DNA from: a virus
Taxonomy: Duplodnaviria > Caudoviricetes
Reading direction: 5' to 3' (one strand)
IMG/VR virus record: IMGVR_UViG_3300017784_003727
Span: 1-24,450 of that record
Length of the DNA: 24,450 bases
A model generated the notes under the pieces. The model saw only the letters and a list, made by a program, of their open reading frames with translations. It ran no database searches and had not been told where the DNA came from. A program made the translations under genes and the position numbers. Shown here piece after piece: positions 16,268 through 24,450 of the stretch. The first letter of the stretch is position 1. The number at the start of each line of letters is the position of its first letter.

Positions 16268-16918
16268 ATGAAGATTTCTACAAACACGGTAAACATTCTT
16301 AAAAACTTCGCTAAAATTAATCCTTCAATTTTTATTCAAGAAGGTAATACATTGAAGACAATGTCGCCTTCAAAAACAATAATGGCAAAGGCAACTGTAG
16401 ATACAGAATTTCCAAAAAGATTTGCCATTTATAATTTAGATCGTTTCATTTCAACTACCAGTTTGTTTAATGATCCAAATTTTGATTTTGGCGAAAATGG
16501 AGTAACTATTAAAGAAAACGACAAGAAAACAGATTATATGTATGCTCATGAAAACACAATAACAAAAACACCTGATCGTGAAATTAATCTACCTTCTGTT
16601 GATGTTAGTATTACACTAATTAATGAACATCTTCAAGAAGTTGCAAAAGCTGGTGGTGTTCTTGGACTTCCAGAAATTCTTATTGTTGGTGACGGATCAA
16701 ATATTTTTCTTCAGGCTGCTGATAGTAAAACAAATGGGGACGTTTATTCAATAAAGATTGGTGAAACTAATAAAACCTTTAAGGTTGTTTTTAAAACTGA
16801 AAATATTAAAATAATTCCTGGAAATTATGATATTACTGTCAGTGCAAAGGGCATATCTAACTTTAAAGGCAAGGAAGTTGAATACTGGATTGCGATTGAA
16901 GGCAATTCAAATTTCTAA
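16268..16918 (+). CDS. gp45: Sliding clamp gp45
   Basis: MKIS..T..ILKNFA.IN.SI, FAIYNL..F, EN.KIIPGNY, YWIA.E motifs; synteny. Confidence 0.95.
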   Translation: MKISTNTVNILKNFAKINPSIFIQEGNTLKTMSPSKTIMAKATVDTEFPKRFAIYNLDRFISTTSLFNDPNFDFGENGVTIKENDKKTDYMYAHENTITKTPDREINLPSVDVSITLINEHLQEVAKAGGVLGLPEILIVGDGSNIFLQAADSKTNGDVYSIKIGETNKTFKVVFKTENIKIIPGNYDITVSAKGISNFKGKEVEYWIAIEGNSNF

Positions 16919-16920
16919 TT

Positions 16921-16951
16921 ATGTGGGGAGCCATGGCTCCCCATATTTTTT
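16921..16951 (+). terminator. Terminator/attenuating hairpin between gp45 and gp44
   Basis: Perfect palindrome TGGGGAGCCATGGCTCCCCA (16924-16943) followed by a T-run. Confidence 0.85.
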
Positions 16952-16965
16952 AAACATTATATATT

Positions 16966-17919
16966 ATGGAAAGTTTTGACATGTTAGATCAATTTTTATG
17001 GTGCGAAAAATACAGACCAAAAACTATTGAAGAAGTTATTCTTCCTGTTGAGTTGAAAACAATATTTCAACAATTTATTAATCAAAAAAATATTCCTAAT
17101 TTAATTTTATCTGGCACTGCTGGTGTTGGTAAAACTACAGTAGCACGTGCTATGTTAGATCAAATAGAGGCAGATTATATTATTATTAATGGGAGTATGA
17201 ATGGCAACATCGACACACTTAGGAACGAGATTCTTAACTTTGCTTCCTCGGTATCTTTTACGGGGGGAAGAAAGTACGTCATCCTTGACGAGGCAGACTA
17301 CCTTAATGCAAACTCTACACAGCCAGCTCTACGCAATTTCATGGAGGAATTCTCAAGGAACTGCGGCTTCATACTCACCTGTAATTTTAAAAACAGAATC
17401 ATTGAGCCCCTACACTCGAGATGTTCGGTAATAGATTTTAAGATCAGTAAAAAAGATATGGCAAAACTTGCAATGCAATTTTTAAAACGTATTGAAGGTG
17501 TTTTAACTTATGAAAATATTGAATTTGATAAATCTGTTGTCGCTCAAATTATCGAAAAATATTTTCCTGATTGGCGACGAGTTTTAAATGAACTTCAAAG
17601 ATATTCTTCAACTGGTAAAATAGACAGTGGTATCCTTGCTAATATACAGCAAACTAGCATTCGTGATCTTATCAATATGATGAAAGATAAAAATTATACT
17701 GAAGCTCGTAAATGGGTTAAAAATAACATTGACACTGACGTTAATTCTCTCTACAACGAATTTTATGAAACCGCATCTCAATTTTTTAGTACAAAAGATA
17801 TTCCTTTACTTGTAACTTTGATTGCAAAATACCAATATCAAAATGCATTTGCTGCAAATTCAGAAATTAACTTTGCTGCTTTTCTAGCAGAGGTAATGCT
17901 GGATGCGGAGTTTGCATGA
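16966..17919 (+). CDS. gp44: Clamp loader large subunit gp44
   Basis: LW.EKYRP, GTAGVGKTT, ILDEAD, SRC motifs; start may be ATG 16981. Confidence 0.96.
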   Translation: MESFDMLDQFLWCEKYRPKTIEEVILPVELKTIFQQFINQKNIPNLILSGTAGVGKTTVARAMLDQIEADYIIINGSMNGNIDTLRNEILNFASSVSFTGGRKYVILDEADYLNANSTQPALRNFMEEFSRNCGFILTCNFKNRIIEPLHSRCSVIDFKISKKDMAKLAMQFLKRIEGVLTYENIEFDKSVVAQIIEKYFPDWRRVLNELQRYSSTGKIDSGILANIQQTSIRDLINMMKDKNYTEARKWVKNNIDTDVNSLYNEFYETASQFFSTKDIPLLVTLIAKYQYQNAFAANSEINFAAFLAEVMLDAEFA

Positions 17920-18395
17920 AATTTTTAGATGTAACTCTACAAGAAAGAGAAGAACCAAAAATTGAACAAGAAACACAATCATCAAAATATGATTGGAGGT
18001 TTGAGAATAGTATTAATTTTGGAACAAAATTTCTAGAAATAGAAAAAGATAATTTTAAATATAATAAATGGAGAACTAATAATTCTTTATCTAACTTTAT
18101 TGATACTTTATTTTATTCTAATGAAATGAATTTAAATTATCATGTTACAGATCAAATGCATTATGACTATCTTTTTTATGCTATTAGAAAAACTAAAAGA
18201 TTTAATAAAAAGAAAACAGAATCTGATCTTAAATTAGAGAAACTTCAAGAACAAGAGAGAGAGAAAATATCTTTAATTCAAGAATATTATAAATATAACA
18301 TAGTCAAATCTAAAGTTGTTTTAAAAATATTAAACGAATCTCAACTTGAAACAATAAGAAAAAGACTAGAGCGTGGCGGTGATAAGAAAATATGA
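17916..18395 (+). CDS. gp62: Clamp loader small subunit gp62
   Basis: LS.F.DT..Y.NEMN, YDYL...IRK.KRF, I.EYYKYN motifs; between gp44 and regA. Confidence 0.9.
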   Translation: MKFLDVTLQEREEPKIEQETQSSKYDWRFENSINFGTKFLEIEKDNFKYNKWRTNNSLSNFIDTLFYSNEMNLNYHVTDQMHYDYLFYAIRKTKRFNKKKTESDLKLEKLQEQEREKISLIQEYYKYNIVKSKVVLKILNESQLETIRKRLERGGDKKI

Positions 18396-18434
18396 TAGCA
18401 TCATAAAAACAAAAAAATAAAAAGGTGGAGCTAA

Positions 18435-18842
18435 ATGAATGAATTACTGGAGACACTTATTGAAGTAAAAATAGGCGAAGAAGAAGATTTTTTAAAGATT
18501 AAAGAAACTCTGACACGTATTGGTGTGGCTTCTAGAAAAGAAAAAAAACTTTATCAATCTTGTCATATATTTCATAAACAAGGTAAATATTATATAGTGC
18601 ACTTTAAAGAAATGTTTGCTATTGACGGTAAACCCTCTAATTTTTCTGATGAAGACAAAGGTCGTAGGAATAAAGTTGCTGAACTTCTCCAAGACTGGGA
18701 TTTATTAAAAGTAGTCGAAAAAGATAAAATTAAAGAACCTTCGGTTTCTATGAGTCAAATTAAAATAATCAGTCACAAAGAAAAAAATGACTGGATCCTT
18801 GAAGCAAAATATAATATGGGAAGAAAAAAAGTTAATGTTTAA
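18435..18842 (+). CDS. regA: Translational repressor RegA
   Basis: DFLKIKETLTRIGVA, LYQSCHI.HKQG.YYIVHFKE motifs. Confidence 0.96.
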   Translation: MNELLETLIEVKIGEEEDFLKIKETLTRIGVASRKEKKLYQSCHIFHKQGKYYIVHFKEMFAIDGKPSNFSDEDKGRRNKVAELLQDWDLLKVVEKDKIKEPSVSMSQIKIISHKEKNDWILEAKYNMGRKKVNV

Positions 18843-18949
18843 AACCTGTAAAGAAATTGCTGAAGACATTCAAGAATTAAAAAAAAATCTACAAAAATAC
18901 AATTTTTGTGACATCAGTATAAAAAATAAAAATAGTGAGAAATTAAATA

Positions 18950-19300
18950 ATGAAATTTCCGTGGAAAATAAAGAAAAAAATAGAAACACCAGCAGAACAA
19001 AAACTTGAACAAATTAAAAATTTGTTGTATCCTCAATTAGTTACAGAGGAAGAACTTGGTAATGATGGAGCTATATTCAAGTTTCACATTGACCATTCTG
19101 TTGACAGCAATTTAGATGCAGCTCTTATTGATCTACAAGAAGGTCATAACGACGAAATTGTTCAAGCAACAATTAATGAGGTCGTTAAAAAATTAATAGA
19201 AGTCCGTAGGTTGCTAGAAGCATACGCCAAGATGGACCCAGAAGCAAAATATATTATTGTAGAAAATCCAAAAAACGATTCAATTGAAGATATCGTTTGA
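18950..19300 (+). CDS. Hypothetical protein
   Basis: 116-aa ORF with normal codon usage filling the regA-gp43 gap. Confidence 0.75.
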   Translation: MKFPWKIKKKIETPAEQKLEQIKNLLYPQLVTEEELGNDGAIFKFHIDHSVDSNLDAALIDLQEGHNDEIVQATINEVVKKLIEVRRLLEAYAKMDPEAKYIIVENPKNDSIEDIV

Positions 19301-19325
19301 CTCTTTAACAAAGTTAAGCTATACT
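19297..19325 (+). promoter_or_regulatory. Sigma70-type promoter for gp43
   Basis: TTGACT-17 bp-TATACT. Confidence 0.82.
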
Positions 19326-19350
19326 AATATGATATATTTTTGGAGTTATT

Positions 19351-21831
19351 ATGGATTTTTATACAAATATTTATCAACGTGGCGATAAAATTTATGTTCG
19401 TGGTTACAAAAATGGTAACCGAGAAAAATACATAGAACAATATCATCCTTATATGTTTATTCCAAAACAGAGCGGCAAGTATTACACACTTGACGGTAAA
19501 CCTGTTGAAAAAATGATGTTTGATAGTATAAGCGATGCTAAAGACTTTATTTCTCGTTATGCAGATGTTTCAAATGTGGAAATCTATGGTTTAAATACAT
19601 TTGCTTATGTTTATATCTTTGACAATTTCAAAGGTGAAATTAATTACGATCCAAAAACAATTCGTATTGGCAATATCGACATTGAGTGCGCCGCTGACGA
19701 AGGTTTCCCCGACATTCAAAAAGCAAACAAAGAAATTACTGCCATTACGCTTCGGTTTGATGGTATTAATTACGTATTTGGATGCGGTGAATTTAAAACA
19801 AATAACAGTAATACAAAATATCTAAAATGTAAGAATGAACATGATTTACTTGGTAAATTTGTGAAAGCTTGGCAAAATTTAGATATGGATATTATTACTG
19901 GCTGGAACATTGAATTTTTTGATATGCCATATCTAATTAATAGAATTAAAAATCTTCTTGGTATAATGGAAGCAAAGAAATTATCTCCTTGGGGTATTCT
20001 TAATGAACGTATGGTTGAATTTAAAGGCAAAGAAAACCAAAGCTATGACCCTGTAGGTATTTCAGTTCTAGATTATTATCAACTTTATCGTAAATTTACT
20101 TTCGGTAACCAAGAATCATACAAACTTGATTATATCGCTCAAATTGAACTTGGTGAAAAGAAAATTGATTATTCAGAATATGGTAATTTGTTAGAACTTT
20201 ACAAAAATAATTATCAAAAATTTATTGAATATAATATCCAAGACGTCGAGCTTGTCGAAAAGCTAGATGATAAAATGAAATTTATTGAGCTTGTTATGGC
20301 TTTCGCATATGATGCGAAAGTTAACTATGGTGATACAATGACAACTGTTCGCCCTTGGGATGTTATTATCCATAACTATCTTCTTGAACGTAATATTGTT
20401 ATTCCGCAATTTAAAAAACAATACGACAATGAGGCATTAGTTGGGGGTCATGTTAAAGAACCAAAAATAGGATTAAGTCATTGGGTTGTTTCCTTTGATT
20501 TGAACAGTCTTTATCCACATTTGATTATGCAATATAATATTAGTCCAGAAACATTTGCAGGAAAGGTAGCATTTCCATCTATAGACTTTATGTTAGATGG
20601 TACGTGGGAATATCGCGATGGAATGGTAGCCTATGCTGCAAATGGTTGCACATATAAGAAAAATAAACAGGGATTTCTGCCCGCCCTTATGGAGAAAATG
20701 TATAACGATCGCACTATTTACAAGAAAAAAATGATTGAGGCTAAAAAAAGTTATGAGAAAACTAAAAATCTTGAAGATGAAAAATTAATAGCTCGTTATC
20801 ATAATATGCAATTAGCCAAAAAAATTCAGTTAAATTCAGCTTATGGTGCTTTGGGTAATCAGTATTTCCGTTGGTTTAATCATAACCATGCTGAAGCAAT
20901 TACAATGTCTGGTCAACTTTCTATTCGTTGGATCGAAAAGAAAATGAACAAGTTTATGAATAAGATGCTTAAAACTAATAACGTTGATTATATTGTTGCT
21001 TCTGATACAGACTCGATTTATGTTGAAATGAATGAAGTTGTTAACGCTGTATTTGGTGGTAGAGATGGTGGCCCAGATAATCTTATAGTTGTTGATGCGC
21101 TAGACAAATTCATTGAAGCAAAGATTCAACCTTACATAGATAAATGCTATGAAGAGTTGGCTGATATGATGAACGCCTATGAACAAAAAATGAAAATGAA
21201 ACGAGAAACAATTGCTGATAAAGGCATTTGGCGTGGCAAGAAAATGTATATTCTTAATTGTTGGAACGTTGAAGGTGTGCAATACGATAAACCGAAGTTG
21301 AAGATGTCTGGCATTGAAGCGGTTCGTTCGTCAACCCCTCATGCTTGCCGTGAGAACATCAAGAAAGCATTTAATATTGTTATGAATGGTGATCAAAATG
21401 AACTAATTCAATTTATTGATGAGTTCCGAATTAATTTTGCAACTATGCCCTTTGAAGAAGTAGCTTTTCCTCGAGGGATAAAAGGCATTTCTAAATACCA
21501 TGATTCATCTTCAATATATAAAAAGGCAACACCAATCCAAGTTAAAGGTGCATTACTTTTTAATTATTGGATTAAAAAGAAAAATATAAAAAATATCCCT
21601 CCAATTATGGATGGAGATAAAATTCGTTTTGCTTATTTAAAAGTACCAAATCCTATTCAAGACAGTGTTATTGCTACTCCAGATAGTTTACCTGTTGAGT
21701 TTAATCTAGATAAGTATATTGATAGAGATATGCAATTCGATAAATCATTTCTTGAACCAATTAAATCTATTACAAGTGTAATAGGATGGGATGTTGAACA
21801 CAAGTCAACACTAGAGAATTTCTTTTCTTAA
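19351..21831 (+). CDS. gp43: Family B DNA polymerase gp43
   Basis: ExoI DIE, ExoII GWN..FD, ExoIII YNIQD, SFDLNSLYP, K..LNSAYG, SDTDS; uninterrupted, no intein or intron evident. Confidence 0.98.
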   Translation: MDFYTNIYQRGDKIYVRGYKNGNREKYIEQYHPYMFIPKQSGKYYTLDGKPVEKMMFDSISDAKDFISRYADVSNVEIYGLNTFAYVYIFDNFKGEINYDPKTIRIGNIDIECAADEGFPDIQKANKEITAITLRFDGINYVFGCGEFKTNNSNTKYLKCKNEHDLLGKFVKAWQNLDMDIITGWNIEFFDMPYLINRIKNLLGIMEAKKLSPWGILNERMVEFKGKENQSYDPVGISVLDYYQLYRKFTFGNQESYKLDYIAQIELGEKKIDYSEYGNLLELYKNNYQKFIEYNIQDVELVEKLDDKMKFIELVMAFAYDAKVNYGDTMTTVRPWDVIIHNYLLERNIVIPQFKKQYDNEALVGGHVKEPKIGLSHWVVSFDLNSLYPHLIMQYNISPETFAGKVAFPSIDFMLDGTWEYRDGMVAYAANGCTYKKNKQGFLPALMEKMYNDRTIYKKKMIEAKKSYEKTKNLEDEKLIARYHNMQLAKKIQLNSAYGALGNQYFRWFNHNHAEAITMSGQLSIRWIEKKMNKFMNKMLKTNNVDYIVASDTDSIYVEMNEVVNAVFGGRDGGPDNLIVVDALDKFIEAKIQPYIDKCYEELADMMNAYEQKMKMKRETIADKGIWRGKKMYILNCWNVEGVQYDKPKLKMSGIEAVRSSTPHACRENIKKAFNIVMNGDQNELIQFIDEFRINFATMPFEEVAFPRGIKGISKYHDSSSIYKKATPIQVKGALLFNYWIKKKNIKNIPPIMDGDKIRFAYLKVPNPIQDSVIATPDSLPVEFNLDKYIDRDMQFDKSFLEPIKSITSVIGWDVEHKSTLENFFS

Positions 21832-21862
21832 TTTAAATTTTATTTACAAAGGAATTATTTCA

Positions 21863-22090
21863 ATGAAATTAGACGAATCAGATGATTTCGGTTTTTCTTT
21901 TACTGATTCTAAAGAAATAGCAATCAAAGTTACAGCTACCGAAGATAAACTTCAGGGGTTAAAAGATATGATTATGCCACTTTTAAGAAACTTGATGAAA
22001 AATCCTGAAAAAGATACTATTGTTTGGCCAAATCGTAAACAAAAAATTGAAGAATTTATAAAGAAAATGGAAAATTATATTTCTGAATAA
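21863..22090 (+). CDS. Conserved hypothetical T4-like phage protein
   Basis: DDFGFS...IMPLL.NL.KNPEKD.I.WPNR pattern; AAGGA RBS. Confidence 0.78.
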   Translation: MKLDESDDFGFSFTDSKEIAIKVTATEDKLQGLKDMIMPLLRNLMKNPEKDTIVWPNRKQKIEEFIKKMENYISE

Positions 22091-22118
22091 TCAATGTAGT
22101 TTTCTGGTTCAATTAGGG

Positions 22119-22337
22119 ATGAAGAACATGACGACAAAATGGATCTGTACTTTTAAAGTAGGTAATAAAGAATCAAAAATTTATTTAAATTCTAAAGAGG
22201 ACTATTTTTTTGTTGACTATTACGAAAATGGTAGTATAATAGGGGATGAACATTATCCCAACAAAAGCTTTGCTTGGGTAAAAGAATGTGTAGAAAATTG
22301 GTTTAATGGTGTAAAGAAAACTGTAGATGGCGATTGA
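22119..22337 (+). CDS. Hypothetical protein
   Basis: ORF overlapping the gp41 start; VDYYENG...PNKS...ENW pattern. Confidence 0.7.
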   Translation: MKNMTTKWICTFKVGNKESKIYLNSKEDYFFVDYYENGSIIGDEHYPNKSFAWVKECVENWFNGVKKTVDGD

Positions 22338-23730
22338 AAGAATTATCTTTAATAATCTTGTATATAATGAAAATTATGGTCGTAAAGTAATTCCTTTTTT
22401 AAAAGAGGAATATTTTGTTGATTTTAATGAGAAAATTGTTTTCAACCTTATTGATTCGTATGTAAAAAAATATAATTCTTTTCCCAGTAAAGAAACAATT
22501 GCTATTGATCTTTCAAATGAATCTAATGTTAATGAAGATGCATTTAACAAATGCAAACAAATCATTGAAACTATCGACAAAGATAATGATACCAATATTG
22601 ATTGGTTGACAGATCAAACTGAAAAATGGTGTCAAGAAAAAGCTCTTTATATTGCAATTATGAAATCTATCCAAGTTATGGATGATAAAAGTGGAAAATT
22701 GAGTAAAGGTTCTATTCCTCAAATTTTAACAGATGCACTTGGTGTTTCTTTTGATACTCATATCGGTCATGATTTTATTGAAGATGCTGACTCTCGTTTT
22801 GAATTTTATCATACAATTGAATCTAAAGTTCCATTTGATTTAGAATATTTTAACAAAATTACTCATGGTGGTTTGTCTAAAAAAACGTTAAATATTGCAT
22901 TAGCTGGCACTGGTGTTGGTAAATCTTTGTTTATGTGTCATTGTTCTGCAGCAAATATGATTGCAGGTCTTAATGTCCTTTATATAACTATGGAAATGGC
23001 TGAAGAACGCATTGCTGAACGAATAGATGCTAATCTTCTAGATGTATCTGTAGATGATCTAAAGCTATTACCTAAAGATTCTTACAATAAAAAAATAGAA
23101 AAAATTAAAAATAAAACAAAAGGCAAACTTGTTATCAAAGAATATCCAACAGCTTGCGCAGGTTCAGCAAATTTTCGTCATTTACTGAATGAATTGAAGA
23201 TTAAGAAAAACTTTTCACCTGATATTATCTATATCGATTATTTAAATATTTGTCTATCATCAAGGATTAAAAATGGAGCCAACGTCAATTCTTATACCCT
23301 TATCAAAGCAATCGCAGAAGAACTTCGAGGGTTGGCAGTTGAATTCAATGTTCCTATCGTCTCTGCGACTCAAACAACTAGAAGTGGATATTCGAGCAGC
23401 GACGTGGGACTGGAAGATACATCAGAATCTTTCGGACTCCCAGCCACAGCTGATTTTATGTTTGCACTCATCACAACCGAAGAACTTCAAGATTTGGGTC
23501 AAATTATGGTTAAACAGCTTAAAAATAGATACAATGATCCTGGGATCAATCGTAGGTTCGTCATTGGTGTTGATCGTGCAAAAATGCGTCTCTATGATGT
23601 AGAACAGCTAGCCCAAGAAGATATTCTTGATGGACCTGTAATGGATAATACAAAATTTGGTGAAGAAAATAATGAACGAAAACGATCAAATTTCAAATTC
23701 GATCGTAAAAAATTTGATGGATTTAAATGA
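22327..23730 (+). CDS. gp41: Replicative DnaB-like helicase gp41
   Basis: LAGTGVGKS, TMEM, IKEYPT, IDYL, SATQTTR, SESFG.P.TAD, QLKNRY motifs. Confidence 0.97.
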   Translation: MAIERIIFNNLVYNENYGRKVIPFLKEEYFVDFNEKIVFNLIDSYVKKYNSFPSKETIAIDLSNESNVNEDAFNKCKQIIETIDKDNDTNIDWLTDQTEKWCQEKALYIAIMKSIQVMDDKSGKLSKGSIPQILTDALGVSFDTHIGHDFIEDADSRFEFYHTIESKVPFDLEYFNKITHGGLSKKTLNIALAGTGVGKSLFMCHCSAANMIAGLNVLYITMEMAEERIAERIDANLLDVSVDDLKLLPKDSYNKKIEKIKNKTKGKLVIKEYPTACAGSANFRHLLNELKIKKNFSPDIIYIDYLNICLSSRIKNGANVNSYTLIKAIAEELRGLAVEFNVPIVSATQTTRSGYSSSDVGLEDTSESFGLPATADFMFALITTEELQDLGQIMVKQLKNRYNDPGINRRFVIGVDRAKMRLYDVEQLAQEDILDGPVMDNTKFGEENNERKRSNFKFDRKKFDGFK

Positions 23731-23749
23731 TACACAAATAAAAAAATGG

Positions 23750-23778
23750 TTGACTTATTTTAAAAAATATAGTATTAT
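23750..23778 (+). promoter_or_regulatory. Sigma70-type early promoter
   Basis: A-rich UP region, TTGACT-17 bp-TATTAT, then AGGAG RBS. Confidence 0.8.
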
Positions 23779-23798
23779 TGATAATATAGGAGATTATA

Positions 23799-24053
23799 AT
23801 GAAAACCAGTATTGAACTACAATCAGAACAGGTCGATTCTATCGTTTTGCAAGAACTTCAGAATGCCCTTGAGACAAACATCCGTGATTATATCAGCAAG
23901 CTAATGGTATGTGAGACTCGTAAGGAGCATCGTAAGCTGATCAAGTCACTTCGCCGTACAGTCGCATACTTCATGGTGCATGAAGATTTTCTAGATTATA
24001 TGGATGAACTTGAATGGCCTGTCGGTGATGAAGAAGACAAGTACGAGTGGTGA
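23799..24053 (+). CDS. Hypothetical protein
   Basis: AGGAG RBS, downstream of promoter. Confidence 0.8.
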   Translation: MKTSIELQSEQVDSIVLQELQNALETNIRDYISKLMVCETRKEHRKLIKSLRRTVAYFMVHEDFLDYMDELEWPVGDEEDKYEW

Positions 24054-24057
24054 TAAG

Positions 24058-24354
24058 ATGACCAAGATCGTATATAATGCCTGCTATGGTGGGTTTGGAT
24101 TATCTAAAAAGGCAATTGAACGATATTGGGAGCTCAAAGGTGAGCCACGTCCAGAGCATTGGTGGGATGATGACTTACATCGCACTGATCCTATCTTAGT
24201 ACAGGTTGTGGAGGAATTAGGTGAAGGTGCTAACGATGCTCATTCATATCTTGACATCCGTGAGCTTCCTGCAGGTGCCTTGTACCGTATCGAGGAGTAT
24301 GACGGCATGGAGAGGGTGACTACTCAAGATGAATATGAATGGAGCGTGGCATGA
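24058..24354 (+). CDS. Conserved hypothetical phage protein
   Basis: Start moved to ATG 24058; KIV.N.CYGGFGLS...RTDP.LVQVVEELG..AN...IEEYDG.E pattern. Confidence 0.8.
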   Translation: MTKIVYNACYGGFGLSKKAIERYWELKGEPRPEHWWDDDLHRTDPILVQVVEELGEGANDAHSYLDIRELPAGALYRIEEYDGMERVTTQDEYEWSVA

Positions 24355-24450
24355 TTAAGAAAAAGATATGGGATCCTGTGATGGATCCAGAAAAGAATCC
24401 ACTGGCATCATTGCCGCCAGTTCCTAGATATCAGATCATGACTGTTCTGG
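24351..24450 (+). CDS. Hypothetical protein, 5' part (runs off window)
   Basis: ATGA overlap with GGAG RBS; MIKKKIWDPVMDPEKNPLASLPPVPRYQIMTVL... Confidence 0.65.
   Translation, partial: MIKKKIWDPVMDPEKNPLASLPPVPRYQIMTVL

Noticed and set aside
14121-18295. Intragenic TATAAATA matches at 14121, 15063 and 18288
   Set aside because: An all-AT 8-mer is expected several times by chance in this composition; no supporting context
18787-19008. Small ORF between regA and the 18950 gene (possible ATG 18835)
   Set aside because: Low-complexity K/N-rich, no clear RBS, overlaps the next gene by 59 nt; cannot support it, though it is not excluded
19601-19825. +1-frame ORF in the gp43 exonuclease domain
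   Set aside because: Small C-rich patch present, but TTG start without a good SD; weaker than the reported cases
20992-21018. Polymerase motif C reading ASDTDS rather than YGDTDS, as an adaptation to modified bases
   Set aside because: This variant is common among T4-like gp43 proteins
1-24450. tRNAs, CRISPR arrays, introns, inteins, homing endonucleases, stop-codon reassignment
   Set aside because: No large intergenic gaps or repeat arrays; core genes are of normal length and uninterrupted; TAA, TGA and TAG all terminate genes

Overview
AT-rich segment of a T4-like myophage, with all genes on the + strand. Gene order is gp23 (3' end)-gp3-uvsY-uvsW-gp55-gp47-gp46-[accessory block]-gp45-gp44-gp62-regA-gp43-gp41, as in cyanophage-type and related T4-like phages. 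The highlight is a tightly coupled DNA-hypermodification cluster between gp46 and gp45: MazG-like NTP pyrophosphatase, TET/JBP dioxygenase, class II glutamine amidotransferase, amidoligase, GNAT, amino acid:DNA transferase (aG/PT-PPlase), P-loop kinase, DUF3310 and a GT-A glycosyltransferase. It suggests a TET-initiated amino-acid/amide base modification. The TET and transferase end in gp45 sliding-clamp-binding-like motifs like gp43, implying modification at the fork. Other signals: (1) two ParB/Srx-domain proteins with T4-type capsid-targeting N-termini behind a duplicated late-promoter module; (2) a relic copy of the gene 3 5' end and an ATT-initiated gene 3; (3) a perfect sigma70 promoter inside the GNAT gene; (4) +1-frame nested ORFs matching codon-usage patches in uvsW, gp44, gp41 (each with a Shine-Dalgarno site) and the transferase. 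All family calls come from motif recognition by eye, not database searches.
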